A stretch of 64,000 nucleotides of DNA from Candidatus Spongiihabitans sp. (GTDB lineage: Bacteria > Pseudomonadota > Gammaproteobacteria > Arenicellales > Poriferihabitantaceae). A program made the position numbers and the translations under genes. Where the stretch lies: positions 2,755,086 through 2,819,085 of the forward strand of contig OZ250151.1 of assembly GCA_965237725.1 (NCBI GenBank). Direction: 5' to 3'. The notes below the pieces were generated by a model. That model searched no databases. It had not been told where the DNA came from and saw only the letters and a program-made list of their open reading frames with translations. Within the stretch, counting starts at the first letter, position 1. Every line of letters starts with the position of its first letter. Shown piece after piece: positions 27,085-36,324 of this stretch.

Positions 27085-27405
27085 ATGTGTGCAAGCAGCA
27101 AGACCGGCACCGCAAGTCCCACGGTTTTTATCGAAAACAATCGAACCCGGGTTACCGAATGGCGATTCAAGAAGCGTGGCGATAATACCGGATGGCATCG
27201 CCATGAATACGATTATGTTGTCATTCCTTTATTTGATGGAGTTCTGGAAATTGATCTGGGCAATGGTGAGCGAACCCGGGCTGAATTAAAAAACGGAATT
27301 CCCTATTTTCGCAATGTTGGCGTGGAGCACGACGTGATTAACGGCAATGATTTTGAATGCGCATTTGTTGAGATCGAATTCCTGGAAGCTCCAGCCCTTG
27401 TCTAA
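27085..27405 (+). CDS. Small cupin-domain protein
   Basis: 106 aa with GWHRHEYDYVVIPL and GVEHDVINGN (cupin His/Glu pattern). Confidence 0.6.
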   Translation: MCASSKTGTASPTVFIENNRTRVTEWRFKKRGDNTGWHRHEYDYVVIPLFDGVLEIDLGNGERTRAELKNGIPYFRNVGVEHDVINGNDFECAFVEIEFLEAPALV

Positions 27406-27423
27406 ATTGCTGGAATCGCGGTC

Positions 27424-28206
27424 ATGAATGTCGAAACAGATTTGGCCGAATCATCGCTGGTCAATGTCGACGAAATAGATTTTGTAAAGCAGATCAAAGA
27501 TGATGGGTTTGCGGAAACCTGGATTGTTAAATACCAGGGCAAGCAATGGTTGCACAAAACCTATCGATTCCGGTTTTGGTGGGGCAGAATGGCCAGGCCC
27601 TTTGCGCGTAAATGGGCGCGAAATGAAATGGCATTATGTGATGCATTGAAAGGCATACCCGGAACTGCCACAGACTATTTGAAAATTACCGATCAGTCTT
27701 TTCTTCGCGGCTGGGTAGAAGGGGTCGATCTGGGGCAGAGAAAATTACAGGGCAAAGTTCCGGGCAATGAATTTTTTGAGGAACTTAGATCAACCGTAGA
27801 GCAGATTCATCAGCGAGGAATTGCCTACAACGATCTGGCCAAGAAATATAATGTTATTGTCACACCCGATGATCATCCGGTGCTGATTGATTACCAGATA
27901 TCTACGCGGAGCTATGCCGGGAATAACCCTTTACGACGCAAGATCAATCAAAAGTTTATTAGTTACATGCAAAGCGAAGATCTTCGCCATGTAATCAAAT
28001 TGAAGCGGCGAAACCGACCAGACCTGTTAAGCGAAGAGGAAAAAACCCAAAGCTACAACTTGCCCAGAGGTGGACGAATGTGGCGTCGAATGGTGACCCA
28101 ACCACTACGATTATTTAAGAGGGCGATTTACCCCAGCGGCTCTAATGAAGCATTTCGATTTGGAAAAAAGTACCGGCAACGCAAGAAAGGATATGTGCAG
28201 AAATAG
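27424..28206 (+). CDS. Small protein-kinase-like-fold protein (Kdo/WaaP/RIO-type), basic C-terminal tail
   Basis: 260 aa. IAYNDLAKKYNVIV and VLIDYQIS resemble the catalytic and Mg-binding loops. The tail reads KKYRQRKKGYVQK. Confidence 0.4.
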   Translation: MNVETDLAESSLVNVDEIDFVKQIKDDGFAETWIVKYQGKQWLHKTYRFRFWWGRMARPFARKWARNEMALCDALKGIPGTATDYLKITDQSFLRGWVEGVDLGQRKLQGKVPGNEFFEELRSTVEQIHQRGIAYNDLAKKYNVIVTPDDHPVLIDYQISTRSYAGNNPLRRKINQKFISYMQSEDLRHVIKLKRRNRPDLLSEEEKTQSYNLPRGGRMWRRMVTQPLRLFKRAIYPSGSNEAFRFGKKYRQRKKGYVQK

Positions 28207-28298
28207 CAGCGGATAAACCCGGTTTTAAGCTGACGACTCTGGCTGTATTGGATACAATAGTTGAACCATCACCTTGAGAATTTTTAAAGCTAACTGAT

Positions 28299-29225
28299 AT
28301 GACGACTATCACCGATAGGATAAACAAAGGGAAAGTTATTTTAATGGATGGTGGCGTCAGCACGGAAATTCAGAAGCGGGGTGCCCAACTGGATCCCAAT
28401 GTATGGAGTGGCTTAACGACCAAGACCCATCCTGACGAAGTCCGCCAGGTTCACGAAGACTATATAAAAGCGGGTTCTGAAGTTATAACTGCAAATACCT
28501 ATTCAACCGCCAGGCATGTTCTTGAGAGTGTCAATATGGGTCATGAATCCAAACTATTGAACTACAAATCCGTGCAGCTGGCGAAAGAAGCCAGGGATAA
28601 TGTGGCAGATGGTGATGTTTGGATAGCAGGATCCATGTCCAGCATGCCGCCACTTTTGAGTAATCACCAGGCGGTTGCAACCAATAAACACAACCAGGCC
28701 AGTTATCAGGAACTGGCGGAAGTGCTGGCCGAGTCCGGGGTTGACTTGATCATCGCGGAAATGATGCGCGACATCGATAATGCAACCATGGTTATCGAAG
28801 CGGCGGTTTCCACCGGATTACCGGTGTGGATTGGTTATAGCACGATGATGGCAGATGACGGTATCGACGTTAAAAGTTTGCGCTGGAGTGATGCCGAAGA
28901 AGGAACCGATACCCATGATTTTGGAAGCCTGGTCAAGACGCTAAGTGAATTGGGAGGCCAGGCTGCGGGAATTATGCATACCCGCATAGGCAATGTTGGT
29001 CCCGCTCTCGAAGTGCTGGGCAATCACTGGTCCGGCCCAAAACTAGCCTATGCTGAAACCGGCAAGACAAAGTTTCCCGAGTGGGTATTTGAAGAAATTT
29101 GTTCCCCGGAAGATTATGCCGGTGAAATCAAAAACTGGATTGAAAATTTCAATGTGCAAATTGTGGGTGGCTGTTGCGGAACGGGGCCCGAACACATTCG
29201 TGCGCTTAAAGATAGTCTGCAATAA
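28299..29225 (+). CDS. Homocysteine S-methyltransferase (second copy)
   Basis: 308 aa with ILMDGGVSTEI, ITANTY and GGCCGTGPEHI. Confidence 0.8.
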   Translation: MTTITDRINKGKVILMDGGVSTEIQKRGAQLDPNVWSGLTTKTHPDEVRQVHEDYIKAGSEVITANTYSTARHVLESVNMGHESKLLNYKSVQLAKEARDNVADGDVWIAGSMSSMPPLLSNHQAVATNKHNQASYQELAEVLAESGVDLIIAEMMRDIDNATMVIEAAVSTGLPVWIGYSTMMADDGIDVKSLRWSDAEEGTDTHDFGSLVKTLSELGGQAAGIMHTRIGNVGPALEVLGNHWSGPKLAYAETGKTKFPEWVFEEICSPEDYAGEIKNWIENFNVQIVGGCCGTGPEHIRALKDSLQ

Positions 29226-29391
29226 GCGTTGGATATTGAATTCGTTTCTGAAAGCGAATTACGGAATGGGTTAATCCAGTTTTGATATTACAAATGGAAA
29301 ATTAAATTCTATATAATTGTAAGAGAACTCGTCAGATCTTATAAAAAATAAGGAGTCATTTTTTAAGAATAAAAAATTTATAAAATCTAAT

Positions 29392-30504
29392 ATGAAAATA
29401 AGGGAAATAATAAAATCATATGGAATAAAATTAAAACGTTATACCAATTCGAAGATCTGGTATTCTTTTTCCGAAACTAAATTAAATACACTGCTTCGTT
29501 TTCGCTCCCAAAAAAATGAAAAAAATAAATTCTTATTGATATGTGAACGAGACGTGGGAATGTTCTCATTATACGGGCAAGTTTTGTCCAATATTAGTTT
29601 GGTATTAAGCGAGAACAAAATTCCGATCGTTTGTTTTGGAGAAAATTGCTGCTACTGGACTCCTGATGGCTATGCAGGAAAACAGTCAGTATGGGAATAT
29701 TACTTTGAACCTCTGTTCTCGAAATATGACTATCACTCACTTCCGGAAAATATCAAAAATAAGCTTCAAATTATTCTTTCTGAGAGAGGCTATGTTAATA
29801 AAGAGGCAATAGAAAGCAATTACGATGCAAATACGCATTATGGTGATCGGCCAAAAAACATAGGAAAAGTTTTGCTTATGCCATACCTGCGTGATCCTTC
29901 AAAAAGGAGGCGTAGAATGTTGAATCGCATCGTTCGAAAATATATAAAACCCAGAGATTTCATTCTAGAAAAGGTGAAAGTTTATTGGGAAAAAAATATG
30001 CAGAATCATTATGTGATAGGCGTTCACATCAGAGGAACGGATGCATTGTCAGACCCAAGGCGAATAGGAATGTTAAATTATGATCGTTACATAATAGCTA
30101 TCAAACAACTGCTCAAATACCACCAAAAAGCAAAAATATTGATAACAACGGATGATGAACGTTCTTTAGAGGTTATGCAGGAAGCTTTTAAAGATAAAAT
30201 TATCTGTTATGACGCTATCCGATATGTAAGCGGTATATCTGTGGGAAAAGGCCCTACGGGTAGTGTAATACCCAGTTATATTGCTAATGATCGAAGTAAG
30301 GCTGCACAAAATGGCGAAGAAGCAGTTATTGAATTTTTACTGCTCAGTAAATGTGACTTTTTGATATTTAATGGCTCTGGTTTGGCTAGAACGACGCTGG
30401 TCGTATCACCGGAATTACCTTATTTAAATATTAACAATAAACGTTATGTTCTCAGGCTTTATGCAATGAAACTTAAGTTGGCAGTAAAGGTAATTGGCTA
30501 CTGA
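29392..30504 (+). CDS. AT-rich hypothetical protein, possibly a fucosyltransferase-type (GT11/GT23/NodZ-like) glycosyltransferase
   Basis: 370-aa uninterrupted ORF with much lower GC than its flanks. IGVHIRGTDA resembles the HxRxxD motif of fucosyltransferase-like enzymes. The functional call is weak. Confidence 0.35.
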   Translation: MKIREIIKSYGIKLKRYTNSKIWYSFSETKLNTLLRFRSQKNEKNKFLLICERDVGMFSLYGQVLSNISLVLSENKIPIVCFGENCCYWTPDGYAGKQSVWEYYFEPLFSKYDYHSLPENIKNKLQIILSERGYVNKEAIESNYDANTHYGDRPKNIGKVLLMPYLRDPSKRRRRMLNRIVRKYIKPRDFILEKVKVYWEKNMQNHYVIGVHIRGTDALSDPRRIGMLNYDRYIIAIKQLLKYHQKAKILITTDDERSLEVMQEAFKDKIICYDAIRYVSGISVGKGPTGSVIPSYIANDRSKAAQNGEEAVIEFLLLSKCDFLIFNGSGLARTTLVVSPELPYLNINNKRYVLRLYAMKLKLAVKVIGY

Positions 30505-30566
30505 TGGCATTGAATTCATTTGGCGCTAATTGAAATAATCCATAGGCACAAAAGTTCTAACTATTC

Positions 30567-31121
30567 CTAATCTATCCAGTCTTTGGAAATGGCTGATTTT
30601 GTAAAAACAATCAAGCCTGCACCAATACAAACTGCCACCAGCGGCATTACTATAGCAGGTGTGCCCATGATGTTGATTGCTTCAGATAAGAAGTAAACAT
30701 AAGAAGTTTGCAGTATTACACCCACAATTGAGATGCTGAATAAAACCAATGCCCACCGTTTCTTGAGTAACAAACATACGCTACCAAGAACGCCACCAAA
30801 CACTTCAGCGGCAAACACCAGATTTACCCACACAGGCATATTAAGATACAAACCCTGTTGTACTTCTGGCATGCCGTTAAGCATGGTTTCCAGCATAAAA
30901 ACCCGCATAATAAATGCAGACATATCCATCAGATACCATAACAATGCAAGGATAGTAACGACCCAGAACCATTTTGGTACCGTTGTATTTGTTTCAGCTA
31001 TCACTGGTTTTTCTCGTCTAAATTTTGACTTATGTGTTGATTCACAGCGATGATAGGTAAATTTCCAACTGTGCCATACCGGCTCCCCAGCCTTTATCAT
31101 GATCGGCGCGAGTCGCTTCAA
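30567..31121 (-). CDS. Small integral membrane protein (4 TM); start uncertain
   Basis: The track ORF is 184 aa, but its first 80 nt overlap the upstream SRPBCC gene. GTG 31004 (VIAETNTT) or an internal ATG is a more likely start. Hydrophobic segments include WFWVVTILALLWYLM, VWVNLVFAAEVFGGVLGSVCLLL, ALVLFSISIVGVILQ and IVMPLVAVCIGAGLIVF. Confidence 0.55.
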   Translation of the reverse strand: MKRLAPIMIKAGEPVWHSWKFTYHRCESTHKSKFRREKPVIAETNTTVPKWFWVVTILALLWYLMDMSAFIMRVFMLETMLNGMPEVQQGLYLNMPVWVNLVFAAEVFGGVLGSVCLLLKKRWALVLFSISIVGVILQTSYVYFLSEAINIMGTPAIVMPLVAVCIGAGLIVFTKSAISKDWID

Positions 31122-31548
31122 AGGCTTCGGCTTCTTCGGGAGTTGGGTTTTGGGGCTCCCAATAAAAGGTCAATTTAGTTTTACTTTCAGAAACTTCTTC
31201 AAACAGAAGGGTGGCCAACATGTCTTTGGGCCAATTGGGTATGTGGCCCATTGGAATGATTTCACTCTGTTCATTTGACATGTACTGTAAAAATACCAGT
31301 TTCTCTGGTGATGTTACTTCTACGTATTTTGTATACAGCCACATCTCATGACCATTTGGCATGGTTATTTTATGCAATGAAGAACCGTCATTCTCAATTT
31401 CCGCGGCTACAAATTCACATGTGCAGCCTTGCATAGGAAACATCCAATTATTTAGATGTTTTACCTGGGTCCATGCATCAAAAACCAATTGTCTCGATGC
31501 GTTGAATTCACGGGTAATTATGGAAGGTTCTATTTTAATTTGGTTCAT
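31042..31548 (-). CDS. SRPBCC / AHSA1-domain protein
   Basis: 168 aa. FNASRQLVFDAWTQVKHLNNW is typical of Aha1-like SRPBCC proteins that follow ArsR regulators. The start overlaps the arsR-like stop. Confidence 0.7.
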   Translation of the reverse strand: MNQIKIEPSIITREFNASRQLVFDAWTQVKHLNNWMFPMQGCTCEFVAAEIENDGSSLHKITMPNGHEMWLYTKYVEVTSPEKLVFLQYMSNEQSEIIPMGHIPNWPKDMLATLLFEEVSESKTKLTFYWEPQNPTPEEAEAFEATRADHDKGWGAGMAQLEIYLSSL

Positions 31549-31882
31549 TTTTTCCTCTCGCTTGAATATCTGTAAGATAGTTGTCTAATTGATCTAATGT
31601 GCTGCCCCAATATTTCTCAAATTGGTGCATCCATTCCTGAATCGGCCGAAATTCCTCAGGCTCTATGCGGTATAACCTGTTGCGTCCCTGCCTTCGTTCA
31701 GAAACAATTCGAACCTGGCGTAAAACACTTAGGTGTTTGGATACCACGGGTTGAGGCCATTTCACAGTTTCTACCAATTCATTGACGGTCATTTCCTTGA
31801 GTACAAGCTGCTCAATGAGAGCTCTGCGCTTTGGCTCACCAATTGCGCTGAAGACGTCATGTGTGGTTTTTAATCGGGCCAT
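31535..31882 (-). CDS. ArsR/SmtB-family transcriptional regulator
   Basis: wHTH segment is FSAIGEPKRRALIEQLVLKEMTVNELVETVKWPQPVVSKHLSVLRQVRIV. ATG 31882 (MARLK) is preferred. The track ORF extends to 31918. Confidence 0.8.
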   Translation of the reverse strand: MARLKTTHDVFSAIGEPKRRALIEQLVLKEMTVNELVETVKWPQPVVSKHLSVLRQVRIVSERRQGRNRLYRIEPEEFRPIQEWMHQFEKYWGSTLDQLDNYLTDIQARGKNEPN

Positions 31883-32054
31883 GACTATAATATTCCCATA
31901 TAGGCATATAATAGTCAATACATGATTTTTCTACCAATACGTCTTGAGCATCTCCATTCCAGATATACTCTAGTTTCCCCCAAAGTAGCCGTATTTGGTT
32001 GCTATAATAAACCACTGTGGAATAACTATTATATATTTTAGACAAATTTATATC

Positions 32055-32690
32055 ATGAATTGTTGCTCTGGAACTGATCGTTTCTTTTCATTTTTTGCAA
32101 AGTCCTATGCCAGGCGTCTGGAAAAGAAGGGGTTTGAAAAATCTCAAAACCAATTGTTTGAGTCGCTTAACAGTATTGGATACGACAATCAGTCCGTGAT
32201 GGAAATTGGATGTGGTACAGGGTACTTTCACCAAAAAATGATTCAATCAGGTGCTTCTAGGGCCACGGGAATCGATATTTCAAAGAAAATGATTGATTAT
32301 GCAAAATCCCTGGCCAGTGAGAAAAGGCTTGAAGACAAAACCAAATACGCAATTGGCGATTTTGTCGAGACCTATGATCAATACGATAGACATGATGTGC
32401 TGGTATTAGATAAAGTCATCTGTTGTTATCCCGACTCAGAAACATTAATTAAATTATCAACAGATAAATGCGGTAAGAGCTATGCGTTGAGTTATCCGCG
32501 AGACTCTTTGATACCGCGTATTTCATTTGGTATCGTGGGTTTTTTTCTTACCTTGGTCAATTCCGGATTTAAACCCAAAATTTATCCCGTTTCATGGGTT
32601 GTGACACAAATTGAAAAAGCTGGATTTCGGCGTAGCAAACACTGGCAGGACTATTTCTGGATCAGCGAAGTTTACCAGCGGGTAGATTAA
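32055..32690 (+). CDS. Class I SAM-dependent methyltransferase
   Basis: SAM motif I is VMEIGCGTGYF. ATG 32055 (MNCCSG) is preferred over the TTG 31995 start in the track. Confidence 0.75.
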   Translation: MNCCSGTDRFFSFFAKSYARRLEKKGFEKSQNQLFESLNSIGYDNQSVMEIGCGTGYFHQKMIQSGASRATGIDISKKMIDYAKSLASEKRLEDKTKYAIGDFVETYDQYDRHDVLVLDKVICCYPDSETLIKLSTDKCGKSYALSYPRDSLIPRISFGIVGFFLTLVNSGFKPKIYPVSWVVTQIEKAGFRRSKHWQDYFWISEVYQRVD

Positions 32691-32862
32691 TCACTATAAA
32701 TATTTGTAAATTCATCCAGCGGTGTTTTCGCCAGACGGTTGGTGAAATTGCTGCTAGATCATTAGAGGGACGTATCTCTAATCTCAATCGAGAGATAACT
32801 AAACTGTGCCTTTAATAACCCCTTTAATAACGCATTATTAAATCCGCACAAGGTTAAACAGC

Positions 32863-35265
32863 CTATTGCTCCTGGGAATATTCCAGGGGATAACCCGCAT
32901 CAATCCAATCGCTCAGACCCCGAGTACCAATGAAATATACTTTCTCATACCCCCAGGAAACCGCTCTTGCGGCTTCCCATGAGCCAGTACACGGAATCGG
33001 GTTTTCGTGACACCAGTAGGAAAAAACCACCTCTTGATTTTTACTCACAACTGTATTTAAGGTAGTCTGATTTAACTTCGGAATGCTTCCGTCCCAGTTT
33101 TCCACAACACTCCAGGCGGAAGGGAGATAGTGGGAATTGGGTATCCGCACTCTTTTCAAAATTTTTTCGATTCCTGTTTCGATGAATGTCACGCCTTTGT
33201 CGAAAAGCATTTTTGCTTGATCTGCGCCAATTCTCGTTGCACCCTCTACTTCCACCCAGGTATCTCCAACCTCTTGACTCGGGTGAACCGTAATCAGGTA
33301 ATGCCAATTCAATGCGGGAATCTGTTTGAGGCTCGTTCGGACTTGGTTTTGTATTTCTTTATTACCGAAAGTTTGAAAATTTATAGTATCGATGCCCGGG
33401 AAGTATCCATCGTTCGACGCACTTTCCATAATCCCCAGTTCGTTCTGCGCCCGGGTGAAGTGAATATAATTTGCATCCTCAATCACCGTCTCCGCATCAT
33501 CGATGCGCCCTAAATTGCTATAGCTTATCGCCAAATACAGATGAGGTAAATCGTGATTTGGATTTCGTTTTATGGCGCGTTTAAGTGTGTCAACCGCCCG
33601 GTCATATTGCTTGAGCCCAAACTGGGCCGCTCCCAGAATTGTTAAGTAGCCGGGAGAATAATAAGGATCGAGCCGCATCGCGTTCTGGATTGATGCAAGC
33701 CCTTGTTCGGGGCGTTGTGAGCGAATAAGTGCATTCGCCAAAGACGCATGGGCAGTGGCGTCGTTATTGTCCAGCGCAACTGCTTTTTCTGCTTCCAGAA
33801 CTGCTTTATCAAACAGCGATTGGGATAAATAAATCCGGGATTGCAGGTCATGGGCTAACGGCGTCGGCGATTTCAGCGCTCTTTGCAGATGCTCGTCGAT
33901 TCGATCCTCAACTTCAAACGAAATCATGCCCAAATTAAAAGCCCAGTCATTGGTCTTTACTTGCCAAAATAGAGATGCCAGGGAAGCATGGGCGAGGCTG
34001 TAATTATTATCGAGACTAACCGCCTTGTCGAAAAAAGGGATTGCAAGGGCGAGGTCCTCAGGCGTACCCAACTTATAATGCGCCCATCCACGCAGGAAGG
34101 CATCATGGGCTTCAACGTTGTCGGTGGCCTTGCTTACCTGCGGCACTTCATCCTCATCTGTCAAATTCACTTTAAGCGCCGCGACAATCTGTCGAGTAAC
34201 CTGATCTTGCAGGGCAAATATATCCTTGTGCAAGCCATCATAACGCTCGGCCCAGACATGGCCTCCTGTGGTCGCATCGATTAGCTGTGCATTGATACGA
34301 ATCTGGTCACCCGCTCGTCGCACACTTCCCTCCAACACATAGCGCACACCGAGTTCTTCGGCCACCTGACTAATCTTCTTATTCTGGCCTTTGTAAGCAA
34401 ATGACGAATTACGAGCGATAACAAATAAGCCTGGAATTTTCGAAAGATCGGTAATCAAGTCCTCTGTCATGCCGTCGGCAAAATAATTCTGACTCAAGTC
34501 GTCAGACATGTTGTCTAATGGTAAAACCGCGATGGATGGTTTGTCGGGCAATGGCAGGGCCATGCGTTCCATCGACGCCGGCTCCTCCCTTGTCTCCCAG
34601 GGCTTAAAACTCAATATCACCGCCACAGCGGCTAACAGCGCAAAGATGAGAACATAGTTCACGAGTGGCAATTGTCTTTTCCCAGATTGCACTACCGGGT
34701 TACTATTCTCGCGGGGACCAGGCAGCACTGCGCCTGACTTAAGGTTTACCTGGTAAGCCCTTATGGGTTCGGCGATATTCTTTAGTGTTTGTGGGCCCAT
34801 GTCGGAATATTCCAGCGGTAATTTACTGCCCACCGATGTATAAACCGATTCGGCAATACAAATTCCTCCCGGCTCTGCCAAACCCTCCAGCCTGGCAGCA
34901 ACATTGACCCCATCGCCAAAGATATCACCATCGTCTTCGATTACATCGCCCAGATTAATGCCTATTCGAAACTGCACTTTTTGTTCATCAGGAATGTTTT
35001 GATTGTACGCAGCAAGATTCTGTTGTACTGCCGCGGCACAAGAGAGCGCGTCCACCGCCGCTTCAAACATAGCCAGCACTGCGTCCCCGGCCGTGCTAAC
35101 AACGCGACCATGATAAGCGGGTACCAAATTAAAAATTTGATTCAAGGAATCTTTCAATCTCCGGTGTGTTGCATCTTCGTCCAGCCCAGCCAGACGACTG
35201 TAACCCGCAACATCGGCGTGCAAAATGACAGCAAGTTTTCGTGGCAGACGGCTTTCTGATTTCAT
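32863..35265 (-). CDS. Membrane class III adenylate/guanylate cyclase with TolB-N-like + TPR sensor region and a C-terminal rhodanese-like domain
   Basis: 800 aa. Cyclase domain spans aa 8-175 (LHADVAGYS, STAGDAVLAMF, GDGVNVAARLEGLAEPGGI). One TM lies at aa 199-220 (LPLVNYVLIFALLAAVAVILSF). The module at aa 244-366 reads SIAVLPLDNMSDDLSQNYFADGMTEDL ... YVLEGSVRR ... WAERYD ... DIFALQDQV. TPR-like helices follow. The C-terminus (WCHENPIPCTGSWEAARAVSWGYEKVYFIGTRGLSDWIDAGYPLE) is rhodanese-like. Confidence 0.85.
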   Translation of the reverse strand: MKSESRLPRKLAVILHADVAGYSRLAGLDEDATHRRLKDSLNQIFNLVPAYHGRVVSTAGDAVLAMFEAAVDALSCAAAVQQNLAAYNQNIPDEQKVQFRIGINLGDVIEDDGDIFGDGVNVAARLEGLAEPGGICIAESVYTSVGSKLPLEYSDMGPQTLKNIAEPIRAYQVNLKSGAVLPGPRENSNPVVQSGKRQLPLVNYVLIFALLAAVAVILSFKPWETREEPASMERMALPLPDKPSIAVLPLDNMSDDLSQNYFADGMTEDLITDLSKIPGLFVIARNSSFAYKGQNKKISQVAEELGVRYVLEGSVRRAGDQIRINAQLIDATTGGHVWAERYDGLHKDIFALQDQVTRQIVAALKVNLTDEDEVPQVSKATDNVEAHDAFLRGWAHYKLGTPEDLALAIPFFDKAVSLDNNYSLAHASLASLFWQVKTNDWAFNLGMISFEVEDRIDEHLQRALKSPTPLAHDLQSRIYLSQSLFDKAVLEAEKAVALDNNDATAHASLANALIRSQRPEQGLASIQNAMRLDPYYSPGYLTILGAAQFGLKQYDRAVDTLKRAIKRNPNHDLPHLYLAISYSNLGRIDDAETVIEDANYIHFTRAQNELGIMESASNDGYFPGIDTINFQTFGNKEIQNQVRTSLKQIPALNWHYLITVHPSQEVGDTWVEVEGATRIGADQAKMLFDKGVTFIETGIEKILKRVRIPNSHYLPSAWSVVENWDGSIPKLNQTTLNTVVSKNQEVVFSYWCHENPIPCTGSWEAARAVSWGYEKVYFIGTRGLSDWIDAGYPLEYSQEQ

Positions 35266-35327
35266 GGTAATTTCCGGATAAAATTATTGCTATCGGAATC
35301 AGCTATGAATATTCGAACAAAGGAAAT

Positions 35328-36272
35328 TCAAGGCTTAACACCATACACCGTTTCGTTAACAATGGGGTCACCAATCACCCCAGGTTGCTTTTCATAGACC
35401 ATGACGCACATCAGGCGCTTTTTGTTGCCCTGGACTTGGGTTACCCGATGAGCAGAATGACAACCGCGAAAAATTACAAGTGCACCTTCCTGGCGCTGAT
35501 AGGATTTCACTCTCGATCGATCACCGAGTAACATGGTTCGAAGCTCGTCAATATTCGGATTATCGTCCGACCGAATATTTGGCACAATCTCAAAATCCCC
35601 ACCCAGTTCCGGCGCCTGTAACATCAATGTCATGGTAAAGGCATTACCTGAATCAAAATGCCAGGCCGACTGATCGCCATCGCCATAACAAATTACATTG
35701 ACCGGCTGATATGGATCATCGCTGGGATATAGTTTTTCCGAGTCGGTAATATCTGTAACAAACTGCTGAAAATATGGATTGAAGTAAAGCGCCTTTAGGT
35801 CTGAATCATTGGGTAAGATGTGGGCGCCAATCATTTTATATTGACCTTCCGCCATGATATTTTTGGGGTGATCATCGGGCAGATCTGGGGTCTTGTCGCG
35901 GTGCAGATAGACATTGCGCATGGAATGAGCCGGGTTGGCCTGATCCTGCAATGCTAAAACCATTTCTATTTCCGACAGTCGACTGGAATCAACCAGGAAA
36001 TTCGGCAGTATGTAAACTTGTTCGCTATTGAGACTGGCCACAGCAGAATCTACAAGGCTGTGATAATCCTCTGAATCCTGCCGATCAATGGGGTAGTGGG
36101 CAAGATTCACAATCTGATCAAGGGTTTGAGAATTGCTGGCTTTGATTGAAGTGGTCATCGATTCTTGCATACCCGGATTTGATTCTGCATGTTTTTGTGA
36201 AACAGGACTGCTATGGTTTTTGACATAATTTCTGAATAATTGTAATAGCAAATCTAGTCTGTAGTATCTCAA
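35328..36272 (-). CDS. Fe(II)/2OG-dependent oxygenase
   Basis: 314-aa track ORF with a TTG start. ATG 36170 (MQESM) is an alternative start. HxD occurs in AWHFDSG and the distal His in GCHSAHRV. Confidence 0.6.
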   Translation of the reverse strand: MRYYRLDLLLQLFRNYVKNHSSPVSQKHAESNPGMQESMTTSIKASNSQTLDQIVNLAHYPIDRQDSEDYHSLVDSAVASLNSEQVYILPNFLVDSSRLSEIEMVLALQDQANPAHSMRNVYLHRDKTPDLPDDHPKNIMAEGQYKMIGAHILPNDSDLKALYFNPYFQQFVTDITDSEKLYPSDDPYQPVNVICYGDGDQSAWHFDSGNAFTMTLMLQAPELGGDFEIVPNIRSDDNPNIDELRTMLLGDRSRVKSYQRQEGALVIFRGCHSAHRVTQVQGNKKRLMCVMVYEKQPGVIGDPIVNETVYGVKP

Positions 36273-36324
36273 GTAGCGCTAGTGTTTGCTTGCGATTTTC
36301 CGCAGACTACAAAGTATCAGAAAG

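Noticed and set aside
31995-32054. N-terminal extension of the methyltransferase from TTG 31995, and likewise the extensions of the ArsR ORF to 31918 and the PEBP ORF to 58722
   Set aside because: The extensions encode hydrophobic or low-complexity residues with no homology logic. The internal ATG starts give canonical N-termini (MNCCSG..., MARLK..., and signal peptide MKLLKV...).
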